NCBI GenBank assembly: GCA_037447605.1
Contig: CM074812.1
Span: 2,418,001 to 2,482,000, forward strand
DNA from: Zygnema circumcarinatum SAG 698-1b
Lineage: Eukaryota; Plantae; Zygnematophyceae
Direction of reading: 5' to 3'
Length of the DNA stretch: 64,000 nt
Part shown: positions 1 through 12,931 of the stretch, one piece after another
How positions within the stretch are numbered: position 1 is the stretch's first letter
Layout of the letters: the number at the start of each line of letters is the position of its first letter
Position numbers and translations under genes: made by a program
Notes under the pieces: generated by a model
Told to the model about the DNA's origin: nothing
Databases searched by the model: none
What the model saw: the letters and a program-made list of their open reading frames with translations, nothing else

Positions 1-1041
1 CTTGCCGTCGTCAACGGACGGAACGGAACTGTCCATGGAGACAGGCTCTTCGCGGAGGCCAAAGTCGCGGCGGCGACCACTCTCGTGCTGACAGCTGGCA
101 CCGTCCTTCTGCCAATCATGGGCCTTCCTCCGCTGCCAGGTGGACACCCTAAAACCCTAAACCCTCTGGAAAGGGGGTGGGTCAAAAAACCCCAAAAAAA
201 CTTGGAAACCCAAAAAAACTTGGAAACCCTAAAGATTTGGAAAACCTACAAAACTTGGAAAACCTAAAGATTTGGAAACCCTACAAAACTTGGAAAACCT
301 AAAAAACTTGGAAACCGTAAAACTTTGGAAACCCTAAAAATTTGAAAACCCTTAAAAAATTGGAAACCCTGAGGAACTTGGAAACCCTAAAAAGCTGGTA
401 AACTCTAAAAATATTAAGAGCCCTAAGAACGTCTTTTCCTTATAGAAATTACTAAAGAAGATGCCCAAGCTTTAAAAACTCAAAGCTTAATCTTAAACCC
501 TAAACCCTAAATCCTGAAATCCTGGGCGGCCTCTCTCCGGTGCCAGGTGGCGCCCTCTGGTTGGTCCTCCAGGCGGCCGTCGTGGCGGGTTCGTATTTTG
601 CTGCCAGGTGGCATCCTCGGATTCGCTCGCTTTGGCGCGCTGTACGGCACGCGGAGGAGAGAGAGGGAGAGGGGAGAGAGGGAGGAGAGGAGTGGGAAAA
701 AGTTTTTTGGAGGTGAGGGAGTGGGAGGGGCTAATGGGGGTTTAAAAATTAGGGTTTAGGGTTTAGGGGTATTGGGATTTTTTGATTTTGTGGCTTTTCA
801 TTTTGGGGGTGCAAATATATATATATAATTTTTGTAGGGTTTCCAAGTTTTTTAGGGTTCGTAGGGTTCTAAGTGGTGAGTGGGGAGGGAGGGAGGGAGA
901 GAGGGAGGGGTGGGGAGAGAGAGAGGTGTGTGGGGAAGAACGAGTGGGGGAGAGAGAGAGCGCAAGGGAGAGGGAAGGGGCGGAGGGAGAGGGAGAGAAA
1001 GAGAGAGAGATAGAGGGAGAGAGCGAGAGAGAGAGAGAAAA

Positions 1042-1072
<31 letters not shown>

Positions 1073-1330
1073 CAGAGACAGAGAGAGAGAGAGAGAGACA
1101 GCGAGAGAGAGATAAAGAAAGGAAGGGAGAACGATTGTGTGTATGCGTATTCTCTATTTACCTTCCCCTCCCATTATTTTTTTTTCAGAATTGGACCAAT
1201 GGGAGACCTGGGCAATATGATGCGCGAAATTCTGCGAAGGAGAAGAGAGGGAGGGTTCGAGTGGCGGTGGAGGAGGGAGCAGATGGACGGAGAAACGGAA
1301 TATGAGCGCATGGAACGGCAGGTGCACGCT

Positions 1331-1372
<42 letters not shown>

Positions 1373-1461
1373 TTCTCCCTTTTCCTCGTTCCCACTCCCT
1401 GTTGATCTCTCTCCCTCACCCTCTCTCCCTCACCCTCTCTCCCTCTCCCTCTTGCTCTCTC

Positions 1462-1511
<50 letters not shown>

Positions 1512-1909
1512 CCTCTCTCTCCTTTCTGTCTGGTTTTGCTGCCCTCTGACGTGACGTGCCGTGACATCTGGTGACGTGACACCTTGAACAGAGATTCCAA
1601 CAGCGGTACAATGAAGAGCAGACTCGCCGTCAGCGAATGGGAGGGGAGAGAGAGAGAGAGGGAGGGAGAGGGGGAGAGAGGGAGAGAGAGGACCCCAAGG
1701 GCTACTACCGAGTGTTGGGAGTGAGCCGTACGGCTTCGGCCAATGAGATCAAAGCTGCCTACCGGCGATTGGCTTTTGAGACTCATCCGGATCGGCAGAG
1801 GGAGGGGAGGAAGGGAGAGGGAGAGGAACGCTTTAAAAAGGTTTCAGAGGCATACTCTGTGTTGGGGAGTGAAAGGAGCCGGGCTGACTATGATGCAGGG
1901 CGACTTTGA
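1..1909 (+). CDS. 3' part of a putative membrane protein with a C-terminal DnaJ (J) domain; exons <1-139, 547-712, 1189-1321, 1592-1909
   Basis: Four exons join in frame through GT-AG introns (phases 1, 2, 0). The last exon encodes [34 protein letters not shown]...[24 protein letters not shown], a J-domain with the HPD motif. Exons 1-2 encode hydrophobic segments ([33 protein letters not shown]). The 5' end lies outside the window. Confidence 0.85.
146..520 (+). repeat. Degenerate telomere-like array (AAACCCT/AAAACCCT, TTGGAAAC variants) filling intron 1 of the J-domain gene
   Basis: Repeated aaaaccctaaa and ttggaaaccc units run from just after the donor at 140 to near the acceptor at 546. 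Confidence 0.85.
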
Positions 1910-1912
1910 AGG

Positions 1913-1975
<63 letters not shown>

Positions 1976-2789
1976 TTGTGGCCTTTCTCACTGTGGGTTC
2001 TTCCTCATCTCGACCCTAGTCTCTCTCCTCCTCTTTCTCGCCCTCCTCTCTGTCTCTCCCCTGTTTCAGATTCAGGGTTTTTTTTTGTTTTTTCCATTTT
2101 AGATTGCTTTTGATGACCACTTGTTCAGTCAAAAAAGTTCGGATTAGTTTGTTGGTTTTGTTTGCCCCCCTCATTGGTTTTGCGGAGTTGGTGATGGTAT
2201 CGATTGCTTTAAGGTGAGAGGATGCTGTGGAAGAACAGGATGAAATAGTGAGGAGGGACAGAGGGGAGAGGGAGAGGGTGGGAGAAGAGAGGGAGGAGGA
2301 AGAGAGGGAGGAGGGAGAGAGGGAGGGGGGAGGGATGTTGGAAATGTGGGCAGCTAGCAAACAGTGACAGCAAAAAGGAAAGGTTTTTAACTAAGCAAGC
2401 GTCGCAATGGATGGGCGAAATTGTTCAGTTGCGAGAGCTTTGGGTTGGAATAAAAGGAAAAGTGGCTTGTAGGTTCTTGTTTGTTAAAATATATCAGTGG
2501 CTTTTTGGGAGAAATTCGCTTCTGTAATACTTATGAAGATAAATTTGAAGATGAAAATCTAAGTACATAATGCAAAAGAAACAAGGGGCGCAGCCCGAAA
2601 GGGCTGAGAGGGGGAGGGCTGCATGAGGAGAGGGACAGAGAGAGGGAGAGGACAAGGAGAAGGGGAGAGAGTTGAGGGAGAGAACGAGGGAGGGATATCT
2701 GAGAAAGGGGGAAGATGAGGAGAGAGATCTGAAATAAAGACGGCCGTTGTGGTCAGAACATCTTTAACATTATTGACATTCTGAACAGC

Positions 2790-2990
2790 GTCCCAAAGGC
2801 ATGACATGCCATGCCCCCATGCCCATGCACATGCCACCTGCCCATGCCCCCATACGCATGCCCCCATACCCATACCTATGCCCCCATGCCCATACCCCCA
2901 TGCCCATCCCCCCATGCTCATGCCCCCATACCCATACCCATGCCTCATGCCTATGCCCCATGCCTATGCCCCCATGCCATGGCCTGTCTC
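2790..2990. repeat. Degenerate CCCCAT/ATGCCC hexamer tandem repeat between convergent genes
   Basis: Continuous catgccccatgcccatg... run; it explains the spurious MP/HG-rich ORFs. Confidence 0.8.
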
Positions 2991-3386
2991 ATCATGAAAC
3001 ATGGCACCATCCAATCACTCACAAACCAGTTCAAACTGAGATTCAAAACTGGGAGCAAATTTCCATTCACATAAGAAAGGCAGGTCTCCATCCAACGGCT
3101 CAAATCTGATCTTCCGCCAGATCTGACGTCTGTGAAGGCAGGGAGGTCCCTCCAAATATAATCCTTCGGTTAATAACACCTGCGACTGGCTGTTCACATG
3201 GAGCTCAGTTCAGTTCTCCGTAATCTGAGCACCCATCAGCCCATTCATCCCACATGTGTATTGCCACGTGGAGCCGCGTGATTGGCCGCGAGTCAGAAAT
3301 CGTGCCAAAAGCCGGCCCATGAAAAGGGAAGAAATTTTTGAAGGCAGTTGTACACGACAATTCGATAAATTTTTAAGGAAAAAAGT

Positions 3387-5187
3387 TTACTCGTCGGCGG
3401 CTTGAGTCGAAGCAAGGTCCGTTTTATCCAAGTCGAGAACCTGCCCGAAAAAAAAAAGAGGGGAAGGGGAGGGAGAGGAGGGGAGAGAGAGTGAAGAGGG
3501 GGGAGGGGGAACGGGGGACGGGAGNNNNNNNNNNGGGGGAGGGGAGGGAGGGAGGGAGAGAGGGGAAAAGAGAGGGGAGGAGGGAGGACGGAGGGGAGGG
3601 GGGAGGGGAGGGAGGGAGGGAGAGGGAGGGGGAGGGAGAGGGGGGGGGGAGAGAGGGGATGAGTGAGGGAGAGGGGGAAAGGGGAGGTGAGGGAAGCGAG
3701 GTTAGGTTTAACTCAAATTACACCAAGTCAAGTTCAATAAGTCAAATAAAGACAAGTCAACAAAAGTCACATTTAAGTTGAGTCAACCACACAAAACCAA
3801 AGCAAGCCAAGTCAAGTCAAGTCAAGTCAAGTCAAGTCAAGCTCAGGACAAATCAAGTTCAAGTCACGCCAAATCAACCAAGCCAGTGGAGTCAAGTCGT
3901 CATGACATGTCAAGTCAAGTCGGTCAAGTCAAGTCAAGTCAAACCGTACCTTTCCAGTAATGCGAGTATACATTTCGAGCACATCGTGAACAGTGGTCTC
4001 AAAGTGGGTCGTTGCGTCGTAGCTCTGAACACATAGAACACCGTCCAACGGAAATGTGCAAATAAGTAAATGCAGACACAAACTCTCATGGGATTTGGTC
4101 ACAAATTTGGTTGAACTTTGGTCACGGATTAGTCATGGACGGCTAGGAAGAAGTTGGAGTTAAACAAGAGTTAATTTTCAAAATTGGAAATTTCATGGAA
4201 ACGTTTTCAAAATGGAGCTCTCCTTTTAATATGTTCAGACGATCCAAATGACACAAAAACTCCTCCCACACTCTCTCCCTTCAACATCTCCCCCCCTCCC
4301 CCTGTCACTCTCTCCTCCCCCACTCTTCCCTCCCTCTGTCTCTCTCCCTCTCTCCACCCCCACTCTTTCTCCTTCTCCACCCCTGCCCCCCTCACTCCCT
4401 CTCTCTCTCTCTCGCTCTCCCTCTCTCCTCCCCCTCTTCTCTCCCCCTCGTCTCTCCCCCTGTCCCTCTCCCTCTCTCCTCCCCCACTCTTTCTCCTTCA
4501 CCCCCTACCCCTCTGCCCCCCTGCCCCCCGCCCCCCCCACTCCCTCTCCCTCTCTCACTCGCTCTCTCTCTCTCGCTCTCCCTCTCTCCCACTCTTCCCT
4601 CCCCCTGTCTCTCTCCCTCTCTCCTCCCCCACTCTTTCTCCTGCCCCACCCCCTGCCCCCCCCCACTCCCCCTCTCTCTCTCTCGCTCTCCCTCTCTCCC
4701 ACTCTTCCCTCCCCCCGTCTCTCTCCCTCTCTCCTCCCCCACTCTTTCTCCTTCTCCACCCCCTGCCCCCCTGCCCCCCCCACTCCCCCCCACTTCTCTC
4801 TCTCTCACTCCCTCCCTCTCTCTCCCCCCCTATCGCTCTCCCCCTCTCTCTCTCTCCCTCCCCACCCCAACCCTCCGTGAGTGAGTCGCCTTCCTCTCCC
4901 CACCTTGGAGATGAAGCATTGGTCCAAAGCGGGGTCGTTCACGGGCTCCAAAAGTTCGTACGTGTCGTAAAATATTTCCTCCACTGCCCCCACCAGGTCG
5001 AGGCCGGGCTTCAGCTCCAACTCAGGATTGTCCTGAAAATTTTCATGGAAAAAAAGGGGGAGGGGAGAGTGTGAGAGACGACAGGGAGGGGAGAGAGAGA
5101 TAGGGAGAGAGACACACACGCAGATTAAAGGGAGAGATAGACACAGGGAGAGAGAGAGGCAGAGGACGCAGATAGAGAATCGCAAAC

Positions 5188-5258
<71 letters not shown>

Positions 5259-5377
5259 GGACACAGCATCGCAAACGCAGGGAGGGAGAGAGAGAGAGAA
5301 CACAGACAGAATCGTAAACGCGGAGGGACAGTGTGTGAGAGAGAGAAAAAGAGAGAGAGAAAGAGAGCGAGAGAGAA

Positions 5378-5431
<54 letters not shown>

Positions 5432-6368
5432 GGTCGAGAGAACAAGAGAGAGAGAGTGAGATTACCGTTTCCGCTTCTGTTGAAATGAAGGCGATAAACT
5501 TTCCCTTTGGAGCGATGCTGTGACTGTACGAGCAGCAGAACACATACCTGCCCCCCTCCCCCAAAAAAAAAGAATACTTATAAAGAAGAAATACCAAAAG
5601 TGGTAGATGAAGGGAGAGAGGGAAATAGAGAAAAACGGAGGGGGAGCGCAGAAGAGACGGGGCAGAGGGAGAGAGTGGGAGAGGGAGTGGGAGAGCGAGT
5701 GGGACAGTGGAGAAAAGCAAACAGAAAGAGGTATATGTACAAAGATAGAAGAAGAGGGGTGAGGGAGAGAGGAGAAAGATAGGGCGAAGGAAAGAGAGAG
5801 GCAGAACGATAGGCAGAGACTGGGCGAGAGAGAGGGAGGCAGAGGGAGAGGGAGAAAGAGAAACGGACACGGGGGGAAAAGAGATAGCAGAGGAAGACAC
5901 TGGGAGGAGAGGGAGAGAGAGTGAGGGAGGGGAGAAGAGAGATGGAGAGGGCGAGGGGTTAAGCGGGAGCGAGGGGAGAGAAAGAGGGAGAAAGGGAGAG
6001 GGATAGGGGCAGAGGGAAGGATAGGGGGAGGGATAGGGATAGGGAGTGGGAGAGGGAGAGGGAGAGGGAGGGGGAGGAAGAGGGGATTGGAGAGGGACAG
6101 GGGGGCAGAGGGAGAGGCAGGTGCATAGATAGAGAGAGAACGAGGAACGGGCAGGAAGTGGGAGAAGGCGAGAAGAGAGGAGAGAGGAACAATGGGAGAG
6201 AGAAAAAAGGAGAGGGACAGGGAGATCGAGAGAGAGATAGATAAAGAAACCGTACGAGATGAGGGCGAGATGCGTAGAGGGAGACAAAGAGGGCGAGGAA
6301 GGTTGGGGGAGTAGAAGAAAGAGGCAGTGGGAGAGTGGGAGGGTGTGAGAGGGAGAAANNNNNNNNNN

Positions 6369-6419
<51 letters not shown>

Positions 6420-6538
6420 GGACACAGCATCGCAAACGCAGGGAGGGAGAGAGAGAGAGAACACAGACAGAATCGTAAACGCGGAGGGACAGTGTGTGAG
6501 AGAGAGAAAAAGAGAGAGAGAAAGAGAGCGAGAGAGAA

Positions 6539-6592
<54 letters not shown>

Positions 6593-9500
6593 GGTCGAGA
6601 GAACAAGAGAGAGAGAGTGAGATTACCGTTTCCGCTTCTGTTGAAATGAAGGCGATAAACTTTCCCTTTGGAGCGATGCTGTGACTGTACGAGCAGCAGA
6701 ACACATACCTGCCCCCCTCCCCCAAAAAAAAAGAATACTTATAAAGAAGAAATACCAAAAGTGGTAGATGAAGGGAGAGAGGGAAATAGAGAAAAACGGA
6801 GGGGGAGCGCAGAAGAGACGGGGCAGAGGGAGAGAGTGGGAGAGGGAGTGGGAGAGCGAGTGGGACAGTGGAGAAAAGCAAACAGAAAGAGGTATATGTA
6901 CAAAGATAGAAGAAGAGGGGTGAGGGAGAGAGGAGAAAGATAGGGCGAAGGAAAGAGAGAGGCAGAACGATAGGCAGAGACTGGGCGAGAGAGAGGGAGG
7001 CAGAGGGAGAGGGAGAAAGAGAAACGGACACGGGGGGAAAAGAGATAGCAGAGGAAGACACTGGGAGGAGAGGGAGAGAGAGTGAGGGAGGGGAGAAGAG
7101 AGATGGAGAGGGCGAGGGGTTAAGCGGGAGCGAGGGGAGAGAAAGAGGGAGAAAGGGAGAGGGATAGGGGCAGAGGGAAGGATAGGGGGAGGGATAGGGA
7201 TAGGGAGTGGGAGAGGGAGAGGGAGAGGGAGGGGGAGGAAGAGGGGATTGGAGAGGGACAGGGGGGCAGAGGGAGAGGCAGGTGCATAGATAGAGAGAGA
7301 ACGAGGAACGGGCAGGAAGTGGGAGAAGGCGAGAAGAGAGGAGAGAGGAACAATGGGAGAGAGAAAAAAGGAGAGGGACAGGGAGATCGAGAGAGAGATA
7401 GATAAAGAAACCGTACGAGATGAGGGCGAGATGCGTAGAGGGAGACAAAGAGGGCGAGGAAGGTTGGGGGAGTAGAAGAAAGAGGCAGTGGGAGAGTGGG
7501 AGGGTGTGAGAGGGAGAAAGTGGTAGGGGACGAGGGGGAGGGATGGGAGCGAGGGAAAGGGAGGGAGGGGCAAAAGGAGGAGACAAAAGCCCGGACGGAC
7601 CAAAGTTTGCAAGGGAAATATAATTGACTTTTGAGGACCCTCTCTCCTCCCTCCCCCCTCTCTCTCCCTCTCTCTATTCCTCTCTCTCACATGTCATTTT
7701 TCCGCCCGAGCTGTTTCTGCGGGAGGATAATTTGTACGGAATGGCTGTCCTTTGTGTTGGGAATGGGATGGCTCATGATGCAGATTGCGCGCACCACCCG
7801 GCCGACCACTTTCACCTGGAGAGAGGGAGAGGGAGAGGGAGAGAGAGAGAGAGGGAGAGAGAGGGNNNNNNNNNNGGGAGGGGGGGAGAGATGGGAGTAG
7901 AGAGGGAGAGGAGGCAAAAGTGGGAGGGAGGTGGAGGGAAAGAGGGAGGGCGAGGGGGAGAGAGAGAGGGAGATAAAAAGCGAGCGAGAGAAAGGGGGGA
8001 GGGATGGAGGGAGAGAGAGGGAGAGAGGGAGAGAAGAGCGCGACGAGAGTTACGTTTTTGCAGAAAATGAAGGTTCTAGGCATTCCATTCGCGGGTTTAT
8101 GGTGTTTTTGTGCATTCCCTCCCCATCTCCCTCTCTCTCTCCCACCCTATCTCCACCCCCCCCCTTCTCCCTCTCCCTCCCCTTCCACCCCCCCTCCTTA
8201 CGACCAATCTCCCTTTCCCTCTCTCCCCCCTTGCCCTCCCCCTCTCCCTTCCCTTCTCCCATTCCATCCCTCTCCCCCTCTCCCCCTCTCCCTCCCTCAC
8301 TCCCTTTCCCTCTCTCTCCCCCTCTCCCCGCCCCTATCCCTTTCCCTCCCTCCCCCTCCCTCTCTCCCTCCCACTCCCTTTCCCTCCCTCTCCCCCTCCC
8401 CTGCCGCCCTCCCTTTCCCACCCTCGCCCTCGATCCCCCTCTCCCTGCTCCTCTCCCTCCCCCTCTCCCTGCCCCTCTCCNNNNNNNNNNGGAGAGGGAG
8501 AGGGAGAGGGAGGGGGAGGAAGAGGGGATTGGAGAGGGACAGGGGGGCAGAGGGAGAGGCAGGTGCATAGATAGAGAGAGAACGAGGAACGGGCAGGAAG
8601 TGGGAGAAGGCGAGAAGAGAGGAGAGAGGAACAATGGGAGAGAGAAAAAAGGAGAGGGACAGGGAGATCGAGAGAGAGATAGATAAAGAAACCGTACGAG
8701 ATGAGGGCGAGATGCGTAGAGGGAGACAAAGAGGGCGAGGAAGGTTGGGGGAGTAGAAGAAAGAGGCAGTGGGAGAGTGGGAGGGTGTGAGAGGGAGAAA
8801 GTGGTAGGGGACGAGGGGGAGGGATGGGAGCGAGGGAAAGGGAGGGAGGGGCAAAAGGAGGAGACAAAAGCCCGGACGGACCAAAGTTTGCAAGGGAAAT
8901 ATAATTGACTTTTGAGGACCCTCTCTCCTCCCTCCCCCCTCTCTCTCCCTCTCTCTATTCCTCTCTCTCACATGTCATTTTTCCGCCCGAGCTGTTTCTG
9001 CGGGAGGATAATTTGTACGGAATGGCTGTCCTTTGTGTTGGGAATGGGATGGCTCATGATGCAGATTGCGCGCACCACCCGGCCGACCACTTTCACCTGG
9101 AGAGAGGGAGAGGGAGAGGGAGAGAGAGAGAGAGGGAGAGAGAGGGAGAGGGAGGGGGGGAGAGATGGGAGTAGAGAGGGAGAGGAGGCAAAAGTGGGAG
9201 GGAGGTGGAGGGAAAGAGGGAGGGCGAGGGGGAGAGAGAGAGGGAGATAAAAAGCGAGCGAGAGAAAGGGGGGAGGGATGGAGGGAGAGAGAGGGAGAGA
9301 GGGAGAGAAGAGCGCGACGAGAGTTACGTTTTTGCAGAAAATGAAGGTTCTAGGCATTCCATTCGCGGGTTTATGGTGTTTTTGTGCATTCCCTCCCCAT
9401 CTCCCTCTCTCTCTCCCACCCTATCTCCACCCCCCCCCCCCCTTCTCCCTCTCCCTCCCCTTCCACCCCCCCTCCTTACGACCAATCTCCCTTTCCCTCT

Positions 9501-12500
9501 CTCCCCCCTTGCCCTCCCCCTCTCCCTTCCCTTCTCCCATTCCATCCCTCTCCCCCTCTCCCCCTCTCCCTCCCTCACTCCCTTTCCCTCTCTCTCCCCC
9601 TCTCCCGCCCTATCCCTTTCCCTCCCTCTCCCCCTCTCCCTGCCCCTCTCCCTTCCCCTCTCCCTGCCCCTCTCTCTCCCCCTCTCCCTGCCCCTCTCCC
9701 TCCCCCTCTCCCTCCCCCTCTCCCTCCCCCTCTCCCTGCCCCTCTCCCTCCCCCTCTCCCTCCCCCTCTCCCTGCCCCTCTCTCCCCTCTCCCTGCCCCT
9801 CTCCCTCCCCCTCTCCCTGCCCCTCTCCCCCCCCTCTCCCTCCCCCCCTCTCCCTGCCCCTCACCCTCCCCCTCTCCCTGCCCCTCTCCCTCCTCCTCTC
9901 CTGCCCCTCTCCCTCCCCCTCTCCTCCCCCCCTCTCCCTCCCCTCTCCTGTCCCTCTCCCTCCCCTCTCCTGCCCCTCTCCCTCCCCCTCTCCCTCCCCC
10001 TCTCCCTGCTCCTCTCCCTCCCCCTCTCCTGCCCCTCTCCCTCCCCCTCTCCCTGCCCCTCTCCCTCCCCCTCTCCCTCCCCCTCTCCCTCCCCCTCTCC
10101 CTGTCCCCCTCTCCCTCCCCCTCTCCCTGCCCCTCTCCCTCCCCCTCTCCCTCCCTCCCCCTCTCCCTGCCCCTCTCCCTCCCCCTCTCCCTGTCCCTCT
10201 CCCTCCCCCTCTCCCTGCCCCTCTCCCTCCCCCTCTCCTTGCCCCTCTCCCTCCCCTCTCCTCCCCCCCTCTCCCTCCCCTCTCCTCCCCTCCTGCCCCT
10301 CTCCTCCCCTCTCCCTCCCCTCTCCTGCCCCTCTCTCTCCCACTCTCGCTGCCCCTCTCCCTCCCCATCTCCCTGCCCCTCTCCCTGCCCCTCTCCCTCC
10401 CCCTCTCCCTGCCCCTCTCCCTCCCCCTCTCCCTGCCCCTCTCCCTTCCCCTCTCCCTGCCCCTCTCCCTCCCCCTCTCCCTGCCCCTCCCTCTCCCTCC
10501 CCCTCTCCCTGCCCCTCTCCTGCCCCTCTCCCTCCCCCTCTCCCTGCCCCTCTCCCTTCCCCTCTCCCTGCCCCTCTCCCTCCCCGTCTCCCTCTCCCTG
10601 CCCCTCTCCCTCCCCCTCTCCCTGCCCCTCTCCCTCCCCCTCTCCCTGCCCCTCTCCCTCCCCCTCTCCCTGCCCCTCTCCCTTCCCCTCTCCTTGCCCC
10701 TCCCTGCCCCTCTCCCTCCCCCTCTCCTCTCCCCCTCTCCCTCCCCCTCTCCCTCCCCCTCTCCCTCCCCCTCTCCCTGCCCCTCTCCCTCCCCCTCTCC
10801 CTGCCCCTCTCCCTCCCCCTCTCCCTGCCCCTCTCCCTCCCCCTCTCCCTGCCCCTCTCCCTCCCCCCCTCTCCCTGCCCCTCTCCCTGCCCCTCTCCCT
10901 CCCTCCCCCTCTCCCTGCCCCTCTCCCTCCCCCTCTCCCTCCCCCTCTCCCCCTCTCCCTGCCCCTCTCCCTCCCCCTCTCCCTGCCCCTCTCCCTCCCC
11001 CTCTCCCTGCCCCTCTCCCTCCCCCTCTCCCTGCCCCTCTCCCTCCCCCTCTCCCTGCCCCTCTCCCTCCCCTCTCCTCCCCCTCTCTCCCCCTCTCCTG
11101 CCCCTCTCCTTCCCCTCTCCTGCCCCTCTCTCTCCCCCTCTCCTGCCCCTCTCCTTCCCCTCTCCTGCCCCTCTCCCTGCCCCTCTCCTGCCCCTCTCCT
11201 CCCCCTCTCCTGCCCCTTTCCCTCCCCTCTCCCTCCCCCTCTCTCCCTGCCCCTCTCCCCTCCCCCTCTCCTTGCCCCTCTCCCTCCCCCTCTCCCTCCC
11301 CCTCTCCCTCCCCCTCTCCCTCCCCCTCTCCCTGCCCCTCTCCCTCCCCCTCTCCCTCCCCCTCTCCCTCCCCCTCTCCCTCCCCCTCTCCCTGCCCCTC
11401 TCTCTCCCCCTCTCCTGCCCCTCTCCTTCCCCTCTCCTGCCCCTCTCCTGCCCCTCTCCTGCCCCTCTCCTGCCCCTCTCCCTCCCCTCTCCTGCCCCTC
11501 TCCTGCCCCTCTCCTGCCCCTCTCCTCCCCTCTCCCTCCCCTCTCTCTCCCCCTCTCCTGCCCCTCTCCTTCCCCTCTCCTGCCCCTCTCCCTCCCCTCT
11601 CCCTCCCCTCCCTCCCCTCCTCCCCTCCCCTCTCCCTTCCCCTCTCCTGCCCCTCTCTCTCCCCCTCTCCTGCCCCTCTCCTGCCCCTCTCCCTCCCCCC
11701 TCTCCCTCCCCTCTCCCTCCCCCCTCTCCCTCCCCTCTCTCTCCCCCTCTCCTGCCCCTCTCCTTCCCCTCTCCTGCCCCTCTCTCCCCCTCTCCCTGCC
11801 CCTCTCCCCCCCCCTCTCCCTGCCCCTCTCCCTGCCCCTCTCCCTCCCCTCTCCCTGCCCCTCTCCCTCCCTCCCCCCTCTCCCTCCCCCTCTCCCTCTC
11901 CCTCCCCCTCTCCCTGCCCCTCTCCCTCCCCCTCTCCCTCCCCCTCTCCCTGCCCCTCTCCCTCCCCTCTCCTGCCCCTCTCTCCCTCCCCCTCTCCCTC
12001 CCCCTCTCTCTCCCCGTCTCCTGCCCCTCTCCCTCCCCTCTCCCTCCCCTCTCTCTCCCCCTCTCCCTCCCCTCCTGCCCCTCTCTCCCTCCCCCTCTCT
12101 CTCCCCCTCTCCCTGCCCCTCTCCTTCCCTCTCCCTGCCCTCTCTCTCCCCCTCTCCTGCCCCTCTCCTTCCCTCTCCCTGCCCTCTCTCTCCCCCTCTC
12201 CCTGCCCCTCTCCCTCCTCCCTCCCTCTCCCTGCCCCTCTCCCTGCCCCTCTCCCTGCCCCTCTCCCTCCCCCTCTCCCTCCCCCTCTCCCGCACCTTGT
12301 TCCTCAAGTAGGAGGGGTCGCACACGAGTTGCTTCGCTTTGGCGGTTTCTCCTTCCGATGTTACTCCCACAAACTTTCCGTCCGAGTCAAACTCTACCTA
12401 TACAATTTATTTACCAAATTTGGGGGGTCAATTATTTATAAAAGAAAATGTTGCAAGTAATTTTAAGGAGAAAAAATTAAAATCGTATAAATTTTGACAA

Positions 12501-12900
12501 CTTGAAGTTGGCCGTTGGTTTAATTTATAGAATTTAGAATCGGTACTTACCTTGCATTCCGGCTTAGCCAGCATGTACGTCCCTCCGTACACAGCCGACA
12601 ATCGAGCGAACGCCTATTAAAAAAATAAAAAAATTGAAATAGTAAAAACAAAAGAATTCAAGGATAGATGTATAATGTATAACTCGCAAAACAAGGAAGA
12701 AATAAAATAAATTGAAGAATCAAGTATTAATTTATGGATAGAAAGATGAAGGGAAAGAATGGGGCTTACTTGAGGAAGCTCTCCGAGTCCGTACAGAGGA
12801 TAGATGAACGGAGAGCCGCCCTGGAAACGTAAAAGAGACTCCGCGTAGAGCTGCAGGGAGGGGAGGGAGGGAGGGGGAGGGGGAGGTGGGNNNNNNNNNN

Positions 12901-12931
<31 letters not shown>

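Noticed and set aside
2016-2360. Minus-strand 114-aa ORF as a possible last GDI exon
   Set aside because: The true last exon ([17 protein letters not shown]) is at 3387-3440; this region is probably UTR.
5043-7690. 847-aa and related minus-strand ORFs
   Set aside because: Low-complexity intron sequence plus the duplicated GDI exons; only the short GDI exons are real.
9205-12460. Overlapping ~820-1080-aa ORFs (P/L/S-rich on +, G/R/E-rich on -) that look like extensins or RGG proteins
   Set aside because: They arise from a stop-free C/T satellite inside a GDI intron and are open in several frames at once.
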